Shown here one piece after another: positions 1 to 7,797 of a stretch of 21,771 nt of DNA (its first letter is position 1; each line of letters opens with the position of its first letter). Position numbers and translations under genes: made by a program. This DNA is from Desulfovibrio sp. (GTDB lineage Bacteria; Desulfobacterota; Desulfovibrionia; Desulfovibrionales; Desulfovibrionaceae). The DNA lies in NCBI GenBank assembly GCA_004796465.1, contig QZKZ01000069.1:1-21771 (forward strand). Direction: 5' to 3'. The notes under the pieces were generated by a model. That model worked only from the letters and a program-made list of their open reading frames with translations. It was not told the DNA's origin and ran no database searches.

Positions 1-569
1 ACGTGGCGGGTGTTGAGCGAAGCCACCAGTTCTTGGGACAAGGCCAGGAGCTTTTCCTGGAACCCGTCCATGTTGGCTGTGGGGTATTGCTTGCCCGGTT
101 CGAACGCGGTCTCCCCGCAGATGTGGCTCTCTCCGGACATGGCCATGGGAATGCCGTACAAACGGCAGGTAATGGGCCGGTGCTCGTAGAGTTCGCAGTT
201 GTCCTCATTGTCGAGCAAGGGGCAGCGAATGCGCATCTTGGCCACCTCGGCCAGGATTTCCATGGCAGCCTTGCCTTCTTGCGAGGCCTTGAACACCTTG
301 CGCTTGAGCTTGTAGTTCTCGCGCTCGGCCTCATCGGCCCGTTCCATGACCGCGGAACGGGTGGGCGGGTCCAGCTTCTCGCTGAACTTGTCCTTGAGGT
401 ACAGGGCCTCGATCAGGGTCAGGTCGAACAGGGCGTAGCAACAGTCGCTGCAGCCCTGGCCGCAGGTCACGGCGTCGGGGTGGTCCTGCTTGACCCGATT
501 GAAAGCAGCGTCCGCTTCCGCGGCAATGGCTTCGTATTTCGTGAAAAACTCGGAAAAATCAAACTCCAT
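1..569 (-). CDS. YkgJ/UPF0153-family putative zinc/iron-chelating protein (same Pfam family as flagellin lysine N-methylase FliB). Partial: the C-terminus runs off the window start.
   Basis: Manual minus-strand translation from ATG at 569 gives MEFDFSEFFTKYEAIAAEADAAFNRVKQDHPDAVTCGQGCSDCCYALFDL... with no stop down to position 1. It contains the C-x3-C-x2-CC motif (CGQGCSDCC) with the same spacing as E. coli YkgJ. An AAGGAG sequence sits 6 nt upstream of the ATG. Third-position GC is high. It is absent from the ORF track because no stop codon lies inside the window; the track's 3..734 + ORF is its antisense shadow. Confidence 0.6.
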   Translation of the reverse strand, partial: MEFDFSEFFTKYEAIAAEADAAFNRVKQDHPDAVTCGQGCSDCCYALFDLTLIEALYLKDKFSEKLDPPTRSAVMERADEAERENYKLKRKVFKASQEGKAAMEILAEVAKMRIRCPLLDNEDNCELYEHRPITCRLYGIPMAMSGESHICGETAFEPGKQYPTANMDGFQEKLLALSQELVASLNTRH

Positions 570-739
570 GAAAAGGCTCCTTGCGCAGTATTCTCAAGCC
601 GGTTCATACGGGCCGCTCTTGGGTTTTCCCCTGGGGCGGCTTGGTTTCTCCATAATTCGGGGCGTATACAAGAACACGCGGGCCCGTACAGGCGCTCCGC
701 CCATGGATACATCCTGGTGTTGAATGCCCGATAAGATGG

Positions 740-786
740 GGCCGGCAGGGGTGCTCCGCTTTGCAACCGAAGCGGGAATGCCGGCC
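740..786 (-). terminator. GC-rich compound stem-loop about 20 nt downstream of the ferredoxin stop, with no clear U-run. Putative terminator or RNA-stabilising hairpin.
   Basis: GGCCGGCA (740-747) pairs with TGCCGGCC (779-786). Inside it, CCGCTT...AAGCGG forms a second stem. Confidence 0.3.
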
Positions 787-805
787 GCCTTGCCCGGGTC
801 CGGGT

Positions 806-994
806 CTAGTCCTCGCTGATGGTTATGGCGCCTTGTTCGCAGACTTCCACGCAGGATTCGCAGCCCAGGCATTCCTCGGCATTGACCGCTACGGCCTTGC
901 CCCCTTGGAGTTCGTAAACCTCCACGGGGCAGACATCCACGCATTCGCCATCACCAATACACTTGTCCGCGTCCACGGTCACCGTGTATCCCAT
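806..994 (-). CDS. Small (62 aa) ferredoxin, likely 7Fe ([3Fe-4S]+[4Fe-4S]) type.
   Basis: The protein is MGYTVTVDADKCIGDGECVDVCPVEVYELQGGKAVAVNAEECLGCESCVEVCEQGAITISED. The first motif is C-x2-D-x2-C-x3-CP, with Asp replacing the second Cys as in D. africanus FdIII and P. furiosus Fd. The second motif is C-x2-C-x2-C-x3-C. A GGAGGA ribosome-binding site lies 5 nt upstream of the ATG. Confidence 0.85.
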   Translation of the reverse strand: MGYTVTVDADKCIGDGECVDVCPVEVYELQGGKAVAVNAEECLGCESCVEVCEQGAITISED

Positions 995-1209
995 TTTTCC
1001 TCCGCATCCTTTTCTTCGTATGAGTCCCGCAGCTGTTACCGCCTGGATTTCCTCCCAAACCCAAAGCGGGCGGCGCGGCTTCGGCCTTGTCGGGCCGCTC
1101 CGGTCGCCTCGACTCGCCGGACACTGAGGTCCGGTGCGAATAAACAGCTGTTTTCAGGTAATCCCCAGCCCCCACCCTGTCAACCCTCGTCACGGCTTTA
1201 AGGCCTGGA

Positions 1210-1236
1210 GACCGCATGAAAAAAGGAAATGCGGTC
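1210..1236 (-). other. Stem-loop 9 nt downstream of the MarR-GNAT stop (8-bp stem GACCGCAT/ATGCGGTC, 11-nt A/U-rich loop).
   Basis: Perfect 8-bp inverted repeat read directly from the sequence. There is no U-run after the stem, so a terminator role is uncertain. Confidence 0.35.
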
Positions 1237-1245
1237 ATGGAGCGC

Positions 1246-2199
1246 TCAGAGTCCGAGCACCCACTTTTCCTCCTCTACGGGTCGGCCTCCCATGCTGCCC
1301 GGTCGGGTCTCTACCAGGACAAACCCGGCCTGTTCATAGAGCCGCCGGGCTGCGCCCAGATGGGCCAGGGTCCACAAAAACACCGAAGAATAGCTCTTGT
1401 CCCTGGCGAACTCCACGGCCTTGGTCACCAAGCTCCGGCCCAGGCCGTGGCCACGGGCCTGTTCCAGGACCAAGAGCCAGCGCAGTTGGGCCGTGTTGCC
1501 GGGTTGCGCCACCATGGCCACGGAACCCTCGGGATCGGGCCTGCATCCCTGTTCGTGGCGCCGCGCCAGCCACAACCCCGAACGTTCCTTGTCCTCGGCC
1601 CCGGCGAACGCGGCCATGCCCAGCAATACATAGCGCTCGAACTCCTGGTCGTACCCGTATTCGCGCCCATATTCCCGGGCATGGGCCTGAATCACCCAAC
1701 CCATGTCCCCGCTCTCGGCCTCGGCAACAATATACTCCGCTTGTGTCGTTCCACCCCTGGTAAGAAGGGTCTCTGTTTCGGCCAAGGCTGCCATGAGCCG
1801 AGCTCGCTTGTCGGTGTCAAGGGGAAACAGCAACGCCTCGGCCTGCTCGTTGGCGGCCTTTTCCATTGTATCCAGGGCCAGGCCGCCCATACCCGTGACC
1901 ACAAGCGGAGCGCCCCGCCTGCCCGAAGCTTCGCCCTGCCTGGCCACGAATCCCACTTCCACGAGCCGGGCCACGATCCTGCTCATCTGGCCCCGGTCCA
2001 TGGCCAGGTCACGCTGTAAGTCCGCAGCCGTACACCCCGGCACCCGGCGCAACTCATAGAGCACACGGGCCTGGGCCAAGGTCAGGGAGCCGCCGGGCAA
2101 CCGCCGGGAAAAGAGCCCCAGGGCCTTGGTGTAGAACCGGGTGAACCGCCGCAGCTTGGCCGCGTCCCGAACCATATCCGAGTTGACGTGAATGACCAT
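1246..2199 (-). CDS. Bifunctional MarR-family HTH transcriptional regulator fused to a GNAT N-acetyltransferase domain.
   Basis: The N-terminal ~150 aa show a MarR winged-helix pattern (LTLAQARVLYEL..., DLQRDLAMDRGQMSRIVARLVEVGFV). The C-terminal ~160 aa show GNAT motifs (VAMVAQPGNTAQLRWLLVLEQARGHGLGRSLV...). This MarR-GNAT fusion architecture is known. Confidence 0.8.
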   Translation of the reverse strand: MVIHVNSDMVRDAAKLRRFTRFYTKALGLFSRRLPGGSLTLAQARVLYELRRVPGCTAADLQRDLAMDRGQMSRIVARLVEVGFVARQGEASGRRGAPLVVTGMGGLALDTMEKAANEQAEALLFPLDTDKRARLMAALAETETLLTRGGTTQAEYIVAEAESGDMGWVIQAHAREYGREYGYDQEFERYVLLGMAAFAGAEDKERSGLWLARRHEQGCRPDPEGSVAMVAQPGNTAQLRWLLVLEQARGHGLGRSLVTKAVEFARDKSYSSVFLWTLAHLGAARRLYEQAGFVLVETRPGSMGGRPVEEEKWVLGL

Positions 2200-2221
2200 G
2201 GTTCGGTTCTTTACTTATTTG

Positions 2222-2238
2222 TGTTGACAGAATCAACA
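2222..2238. promoter_or_regulatory. Perfect palindrome TGTTGA-N5-TCAACA in the divergent marR-GNAT/cobT intergenic region. Candidate MarR-type operator; it also contains a TTGACA -35-like hexamer.
   Basis: TGTTGACAGAATCAACA read directly from the sequence, 23 bp upstream of the MarR-GNAT start (2199). MarR regulators typically autoregulate via 16-20 bp palindromes in their own promoter. Confidence 0.45.
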
Positions 2239-2359
2239 AAAAAGTCCTCTCCCCAAGCCTTCCGGGTTACAGCCCAAGGATACCGGCTTGATTCAGCCCT
2301 TTTCATTTACCCGCTTCTCAGGCACTGTGCCTGCCTCTCAACCCATTTAGGAGACCTCA

Positions 2360-3460
2360 ATGACGCAACTGCTTGACACCACTTTGGCCGCAATGATTCC
2401 CGTGGACCTCAGGCACATGGGCGAGGCCCAAACCCACCTCGACGACCTGACCAAACCTCAGGGCAGCCTGGGCCGTTTGGAGGAGCTGGCGGCCCGCGCC
2501 CTGTGCGTGCAGCGCACCCGTGAAGCTTGTTTGTCAGCCCCGTCTAAGCCCTTGAGCGTTGCCCCGGCCCGGATGCTCACCGTGGCCGGAGACCACGGCA
2601 TTGCCTCGCCCGAAACCGGGGTTAGCCTGTTCCCCCAGGAAGTGACCCGGCAAATGGTGGCCAATTTCGTGTCCGGCGGCGCGGCCATCAACGTGCTGAC
2701 CCAGACCGCCGACATGGACTTGCATGTGGTGGACGCCGGCACCTTGGGGGGCGGGTATCCGGAAGCGCCGAATCTGATCCAGGCCAAGGTGCGGCCAGGA
2801 ACCCGCAACATGTTGGACGAGCCCGCCATGACCCGCGAGGAATGCGTTCGCGCTTTGGAGCTGGGCATTGACCTGGCCGGTCAGGCGGTGGAGGACGGTA
2901 TGCTGGTCCTGGGCATCGGCGACATGGGTATCGGCAACACCACGGCTTCCACGGCCCTGTACTGCGCCTTCCTGGGGCTTGATCCCCACGCCGTGGCCGG
3001 GCCGGGCACTGGGTTGCCCCCGGAAAGGGTCAAGCGCAAGGCAGAGGTCATAGCCCAAGTCCTGGCCCGCCACTCCGCAGCCATTGACCGGAGTGACGGT
3101 GTGGACATCCTTGCCGCTGTGGGCGGGTTGGAAATCGCCGCCATGGCCGGGATACTGCTTGGCGCGGCCCGGCATCAACACATCGCCCTGGTGGACGGGT
3201 TCATTGCCACTGCCGCCTATACCGCTGCCCAACATATTACCGAGGACATCAAGGGATACTGTATATTCAGCCATGGCTCCGCTGAACCTGGCCACGCCAC
3301 AGCGCTCCAGGCCCTTGGGGCCGCCCCCCTGCTCGACCTGGGCATGCGTTTGGGAGAAGGCACGGGCGCGGCCCTGGCCTACATGCTGCTCAAGGCCTCG
3401 GCAGCCGTTTACACGGACATGGCCACCTTCAGCCAGGCCGGGGTGTCCTCGGGGAGTTGA
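2360..3460 (+). CDS. cobT: Nicotinate-nucleotide--dimethylbenzimidazole phosphoribosyltransferase (CobT).
   Basis: 366 aa with the CobT hallmark LTKPQGSLGRLEELA and a Gly-rich GIGDMGIGNTT motif. An AGGAGA ribosome-binding site lies 5 nt upstream of the ATG. Confidence 0.9.
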   Translation: MTQLLDTTLAAMIPVDLRHMGEAQTHLDDLTKPQGSLGRLEELAARALCVQRTREACLSAPSKPLSVAPARMLTVAGDHGIASPETGVSLFPQEVTRQMVANFVSGGAAINVLTQTADMDLHVVDAGTLGGGYPEAPNLIQAKVRPGTRNMLDEPAMTREECVRALELGIDLAGQAVEDGMLVLGIGDMGIGNTTASTALYCAFLGLDPHAVAGPGTGLPPERVKRKAEVIAQVLARHSAAIDRSDGVDILAAVGGLEIAAMAGILLGAARHQHIALVDGFIATAAYTAAQHITEDIKGYCIFSHGSAEPGHATALQALGAAPLLDLGMRLGEGTGAALAYMLLKASAAVYTDMATFSQAGVSSGS

Positions 3461-3541
3461 TGCGCCCTGGTCCTGCAAGCCGCTTTTCTTCACACAAGGC
3501 CCGTGATATCATGCGGAAAACGCACCCGGGGGAATAACGCC

Positions 3542-5806
3542 ATGCTGGGACGCTTTGCCCGGCTCATGCTTGTCGCCGCTTTTCTTCTCACTTGTCACGG
3601 CCTTGCCGCGCCCGCACTGTCATGGGGCCAAGAGACCATTCGCACGGTCCATCCCCTCTACTCCATGACTTTGCCCGACGGCTCCATGATGGGAGGCAGT
3701 GAGCCCTTGACCATCCGTGTGGCTCCGTCCGATTCCGGCCGGGCCAGGGTGGGTTTTTTCGAATCCGACTTCCGGTCCTCGGGCGCCAAGTGGCGCGCTT
3801 CGGGCTGGGCAGCCAGCGTGGCCGCTTCCTTGTATGCGGGCTTTCCCTTATCCGAGTGGCGCATCTCCTTTGACATCGCGGGATTCATCGACGGCCCCTC
3901 AGCCGGAGCCCTCATGGCCGTGGGCCTGCTCGCGGCAGTCAACGACGTGGAACTCATTGCCGGGGCAACCATGACCGGGACGGTCAACCCCGACGGCTCC
4001 ATCGGCGTGGTGGGCGACTTGAGCCTCAAACTTCAGGGCGCAAGCAACGCGGGCATGACCCTGGTCTTGATTCCAACGGGTTCGCGCATGGCCACCCAAC
4101 CCGATGGTTCGGTTCTGGACCTCCAGGCCAGGGCAAGGGAATTGGGCCTGGAAGTGAAGGAAGTGGCCACTCTGGGCGAGGCGTACTATCTGCTTACGGG
4201 CCAACGTTTGCCCGCCGGGACCACTGACGATGGCAGGGAATTCGCCTTGCCCGAGGCCGTGAACGTGGCGGTGTCCGAATCTTACTCGGAGTGGAGCGAA
4301 CGCTGCCAAGCAAGCCTGATGGGCATCGCGGACAAGGCCCCTTACGTTCCCGAGAACCTGCGGCCTATCCTGGCCGAATTCGTGAGCAGCGCTGAACAAT
4401 ACCGGGGCCGGGGCCAAGCCCTGTTCCAAAACGGGCTGGTCTGCTCGGGATTGCTGCTGGTGTTCAATGCAGCCACCGTGGCTGACGCGGCCAACAACCT
4501 GGCGGCCCTGTATGCGGGTTACGGCGAGTCCGGACTGGCAGGCATGGAGCTGGTCCTGGGCGAGCAGTTCCTGGACGAGGAATTGCTCGATCATCATCGG
4601 GAAATCCTTGCCGGCCAAGAACTGGCCAATCTCAGCGACCTGGCCGTGCTTGCCGAGGCCTACGCCTTTCACAACGCGGCCACGGTCATCCACCAGCAAT
4701 CCAAGGAACTCCTGCTCACGGCCATGTCCGACCCAAGCCTGTCCCGGGACAACCCCTTTTTGTTCTCCCTTATGGAGTCGGTCAGCGCCAGGGAATCCTA
4801 TGCCCGCAACGGGCTGCTCTTTACCGGCGACTTGCTGGCCATGGGCATGGGCCACCCCGGCCCTCCCCTGCCCGGCGACGAGTCCCTGCAAGACTGGTCC
4901 GGCGTCATGCACCACGCTGCAGGCGCCAATCTCCGCTACTTTGAAGCCGTTGTCGTGGCCCGGCACGCGGACAACCAATCCATTTCCCTTTCCGAGGCCC
5001 GCCATGAGCTGGAAGCCGCTGACTTTCACCTGGCCTGGGCCCAGACCAGCTTCGACGCCCACAGGCTGGCCCGGGACAACGCTGCGGGCTCGAGCCATAT
5101 GGCGGCCTCGACCCTGGGCGCTTCCGTGGCGTCCTACTACCTCTCGTCCCTGGTCATCACCAAGTACTCCTGTTTGGGCGACATTGAGGGAGACTCGGGA
5201 TTCATCGCGGCCGTGGCTGCGCACGAACGGTTGGACGCCTTGCTCAACACGGGCTTTGACCGTCTTCGCAACGTGATCCTGGCCTCGGAGACCCAGGGCT
5301 ATACCCCGATCCTGCCCATCTTTCACTTGCGGGCGGGCATGGGACTTCTGGCCACCTCGGAAACCCTGGACGAAAAGCTCCTCAGCCTGTCCGAGTTCTG
5401 GGCGGGCTCCACCTTTGGCCGGACCATGAACATCCTGGCCGAGGCCTCGCCGCCGATCATCCCCGAGGCTGGCCAAACCTTTTCCCTGACGTACGGCTTG
5501 GCCGTGAAGTTCCTGGACAAGGCGTTTTATGAAGTGGAAGCGGCCATTGAATGGCGCGTGGCCAACCATCCGGTATACCAGGCCATGGTCGTGGACGACG
5601 ATTTCGCGGCTGAGCGAGTGCAGGAAGCCCTCGACACTGCGCTGCAAAACGTGTTGGGCCGCCTGGTGGCCGATGAAGTGGCCACCACCCAGCAAGCCGT
5701 GGAAGAAGAGATCCAGGTGCAGTGCAACGAGTTGCTCAAGGCCTACGGCATTGAAGTGGCCACCGTGAGCCTCGGCGTGGGCAACAGGATTGTGGTGGAC
5801 GAATAG
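3542..5806 (+). CDS. Secreted/periplasmic Lon-like (peptidase S16) proteolytic domain protein with a ~550-aa uncharacterised alpha-helical C-terminal region.
   Basis: The ORF-track start is GTG at 3503. An in-frame ATG at 3542 with a GGGGGA ribosome-binding site 8 nt upstream gives a classic signal peptide, MLGRFARLMLVAAFLLTCHGLAAPA. The Lon proteolytic domain signature is present with the catalytic Ser in FIDGPSAGALMAV (nt ~3893-3910) and the catalytic Lys in VGDLSLKLQGASNAGMTLVLIP (nt ~4028). The rest of the protein has no motif I can recognise. Confidence 0.7.
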   Translation: MLGRFARLMLVAAFLLTCHGLAAPALSWGQETIRTVHPLYSMTLPDGSMMGGSEPLTIRVAPSDSGRARVGFFESDFRSSGAKWRASGWAASVAASLYAGFPLSEWRISFDIAGFIDGPSAGALMAVGLLAAVNDVELIAGATMTGTVNPDGSIGVVGDLSLKLQGASNAGMTLVLIPTGSRMATQPDGSVLDLQARARELGLEVKEVATLGEAYYLLTGQRLPAGTTDDGREFALPEAVNVAVSESYSEWSERCQASLMGIADKAPYVPENLRPILAEFVSSAEQYRGRGQALFQNGLVCSGLLLVFNAATVADAANNLAALYAGYGESGLAGMELVLGEQFLDEELLDHHREILAGQELANLSDLAVLAEAYAFHNAATVIHQQSKELLLTAMSDPSLSRDNPFLFSLMESVSARESYARNGLLFTGDLLAMGMGHPGPPLPGDESLQDWSGVMHHAAGANLRYFEAVVVARHADNQSISLSEARHELEAADFHLAWAQTSFDAHRLARDNAAGSSHMAASTLGASVASYYLSSLVITKYSCLGDIEGDSGFIAAVAAHERLDALLNTGFDRLRNVILASETQGYTPILPIFHLRAGMGLLATSETLDEKLLSLSEFWAGSTFGRTMNILAEASPPIIPEAGQTFSLTYGLAVKFLDKAFYEVEAAIEWRVANHPVYQAMVVDDDFAAERVQEALDTALQNVLGRLVADEVATTQQAVEEEIQVQCNELLKAYGIEVATVSLGVGNRIVVDE

Positions 5807-5825
5807 CTTCCCTTGGGTTGGGAAG
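5807..5825. terminator. Short hairpin (CTTCCC-ttgggtt-GGGAAG) between convergent genes Lon-like(+) and hemC(-). Weak bidirectional terminator candidate.
   Basis: 6-bp perfect stem immediately after the TAG of the plus-strand gene and 12 nt after the hemC stop. No U-run. Confidence 0.3.
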
Positions 5826-5836
5826 AGGAATGGAGA

Positions 5837-6772
5837 TCAGACGCGGCCGTAGACTCGGTCGAGGATGGCCTTGCCGCCCTTGCTCAGGACCTGGCGGGCC
5901 AGATCGCGGCCCAAGGCTTCGGCGTCGGCCACAGGGCCGGACCGGGACATTCGGATCACCTCTTGCCCCTTTTCATCGGCCACCAGGCCAGCTAATTCGA
6001 TGCGTTCGCCATCCTCGGAAAGTTGGGCGTACCCCGCGATGGGCACTTGGCAGCCCCCTTCCAACTCCAGAAGAAAGGCCCGTTCCGCATCCACGCAGCA
6101 GCGGGTAGCCTGATGATTCAGGAAATCCAGCAACTCGATCACGTCCGAGTCCCCAGCGCGGTATTCAATGCCCAGCGCGCCTTGGCCCACTGCGGGCAGG
6201 AACTCGGGAGGACCCAAGCGGTCCTGCTTGGGCGCGCTCAGGCCCAAACGGTTGATTCCAGCCGCAGCCATGATGATGGCGTCGAACTGGCCCTCGGTGA
6301 GCTTGCGCAGCCGGGTGTCCACATTGCCGCGCAGGGTGACCACGCTGAGATCGGGCCGCAGGGCCAGGGCCTGGGCTTGGCGACGCAAGCTGCTCGTGCC
6401 CAGGGTCGCTCCCTGGGGCAACCCGGCCAGGGAATTGTAGTGCACGGACAAAAACGCGTCGCACGGGTCCTCGCGCTCGGGAACCACACCCAGGACAAGG
6501 CCTGAGGGCAACTCCGCGGGCACATCCTTCATGGAGTGCACGGCCAGGTCGGCTCGCCCGTCCAAGAGCGCTTCCTCGATTTCCTTCACGAACAAGCCCT
6601 TGCCGCCCACCTTGGCCAGGGCCACGTCCAAAATCTTGTCGCCCATGGTCTTGATGACCAGCAGTTCCACGCTCACCTTGCCCGCGTGTTGGGCCTCGAT
6701 CCCGGCCTTGATGTGATTGGCTTGCCACAGGGCCAACTTGCTGCCCCGGGTGGCTATGGTCAGTTTTTTCAT
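5837..6772 (-). CDS. hemC: Porphobilinogen deaminase (hydroxymethylbilane synthase).
   Basis: 311 aa with [22 protein letters not shown]... and the conserved dipyrromethane cofactor-binding region. Full length for HemC. Confidence 0.92.
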   Translation of the reverse strand: MKKLTIATRGSKLALWQANHIKAGIEAQHAGKVSVELLVIKTMGDKILDVALAKVGGKGLFVKEIEEALLDGRADLAVHSMKDVPAELPSGLVLGVVPEREDPCDAFLSVHYNSLAGLPQGATLGTSSLRRQAQALALRPDLSVVTLRGNVDTRLRKLTEGQFDAIIMAAAGINRLGLSAPKQDRLGPPEFLPAVGQGALGIEYRAGDSDVIELLDFLNHQATRCCVDAERAFLLELEGGCQVPIAGYAQLSEDGERIELAGLVADEKGQEVIRMSRSGPVADAEALGRDLARQVLSKGGKAILDRVYGRV

Positions 6773-6782
6773 GGAAACGATC

Positions 6783-7013
6783 TTATCCGCAGGTGGCGCA
6801 GTTCCCGCCCGAGCAGCCCGCGCAGGAGCTGGAAGAGCCGGAGGATGACGTCGAAGTGGAGCCGCCGCCTTCGCTCTTGAAACGGCAGCAGGACATGAGT
6901 TTGTTGGTGTTGGCAGAGTTGCAGGACGGGCAGGGCACGGGGTCGTCCCCGAACACGATCTCCTCGAATTCCTTGCCGCACTCCTCGCAACGGTACTCGT
7001 AGATGGGCATCAA
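6783..7013 (-). CDS. FmdB-family zinc-ribbon protein with a Ser/Gly/Cys-rich C-terminal tail.
   Basis: The N-terminus [17 protein letters not shown]...CPSCNS matches the FmdB zinc-ribbon signature CxxC...CxxC. The tail is [37 protein letters not shown] ribosome-binding site is upstream. The true start may be the second ATG (7010). The gene is 10 nt upstream of hemC. Confidence 0.7.
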   Translation of the reverse strand: MMPIYEYRCEECGKEFEEIVFGDDPVPCPSCNSANTNKLMSCCRFKSEGGGSTSTSSSGSSSSCAGCSGGNCATCG

Positions 7014-7035
7014 TCTCTCCTCATATTCACGGGCG

Positions 7036-7674
7036 TCAGTTCCCGTCGGGCGCTTCGCCCATTGACGCCATATAGGGCTGGAGTTCCTGCACGGCCTCGA
7101 ACAAGTAGTAATCCACCAAACGGCACAAGAGGTGGCCGATGCTGATCTGCACTTCCTGGATCAGGGGCGTGCTCTTGTCAGGCACACAAATGAGCTGGTC
7201 GCACAGGGGAGCCATTTCGCCGCCGGTCAGACCGGCCAACCCCATGGTGATCAGCCCCTTGTCCCTGGCCACGCGCAGGGCCTCGATAATGTTTTCGCTG
7301 TTGCCCGAGGTGGAGATGGCCATGATCACATCCCCTTGATCGCCCAAGGCCTGGACCTGCTTGGAAAACACCTGCTTGAAGCCGTAGTCGTTGCCGATGG
7401 CGGTAAGAATCGAGGTGTCCGTGGTCAACGCGATGGCGGGCAGGGGCGGCCGCTCCAACATGAAGCGGTTCACGAATTCACCGGCTAGGTGTTGGGCGTC
7501 GGCTGCGCTGCCGCCGTTGCCGCAAAACAAAATCTTGCCGCCCCGGGCCAGGGTCACGGCCATGGTCCGGGCCGCCTCCACTACCAACTCGGCGCTGTCT
7601 TGGAAAAAGCGCTCCCGCAGCTCACAACCTTGCTGGGAGTAAGTCAGGATCATTTGTTTGGCATTTTCCGACAT
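7036..7674 (-). CDS. gmhA: Phosphoheptose isomerase (SIS domain, D-sedoheptulose 7-phosphate isomerase).
   Basis: The motifs GKILFCGNGGSAADAQHLAGEF and ISTSGNS are present. The track start (TTG at 7692) is replaced by ATG at 7674 (MSENAK...), which has an AGGAGA ribosome-binding site 5 nt upstream. Confidence 0.8.
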   Translation of the reverse strand: MSENAKQMILTYSQQGCELRERFFQDSAELVVEAARTMAVTLARGGKILFCGNGGSAADAQHLAGEFVNRFMLERPPLPAIALTTDTSILTAIGNDYGFKQVFSKQVQALGDQGDVIMAISTSGNSENIIEALRVARDKGLITMGLAGLTGGEMAPLCDQLICVPDKSTPLIQEVQISIGHLLCRLVDYYLFEAVQELQPYMASMGEAPDGN

Positions 7675-7797
7675 GCTTGTCTCCTTGCACAAAACACCGG
7701 GGCCTTCCCGCGCATTGCAAGAGGGCCCGGCCTACATCATTTCCCGCCTTTTCACAAGCCAAGGGACGCTCGGAGGACTTGTTGCTGAGCCGCTGCC

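Noticed and set aside
3-734. 243-aa plus-strand ORF at the window start.
   Set aside because: It is antisense to the well-supported YkgJ-like minus-strand gene and has no ribosome-binding site. Its composition (G/A/V/L/H-rich) is typical of a high-GC shadow frame.
2200-2359. Cobalamin riboswitch upstream of cobT.
   Set aside because: I found no B12-box-like element and the region is too short (~160 nt including the divergent promoter). A covariance-model search would be needed to exclude it formally.
2188-2376. 62-aa plus-strand ORF in the marR/cobT divergent region.
   Set aside because: It overlaps the MarR-GNAT start and the cobT ribosome-binding site and start. It has no ribosome-binding site and its composition is not protein-like.
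3899-5695. 598-aa minus-strand ORF.
   Set aside because: It lies entirely antisense to the Lon-like gene and is G/H/R/Q-rich, as shadow ORFs in high-GC DNA are. The Lon-like frame has real motifs.
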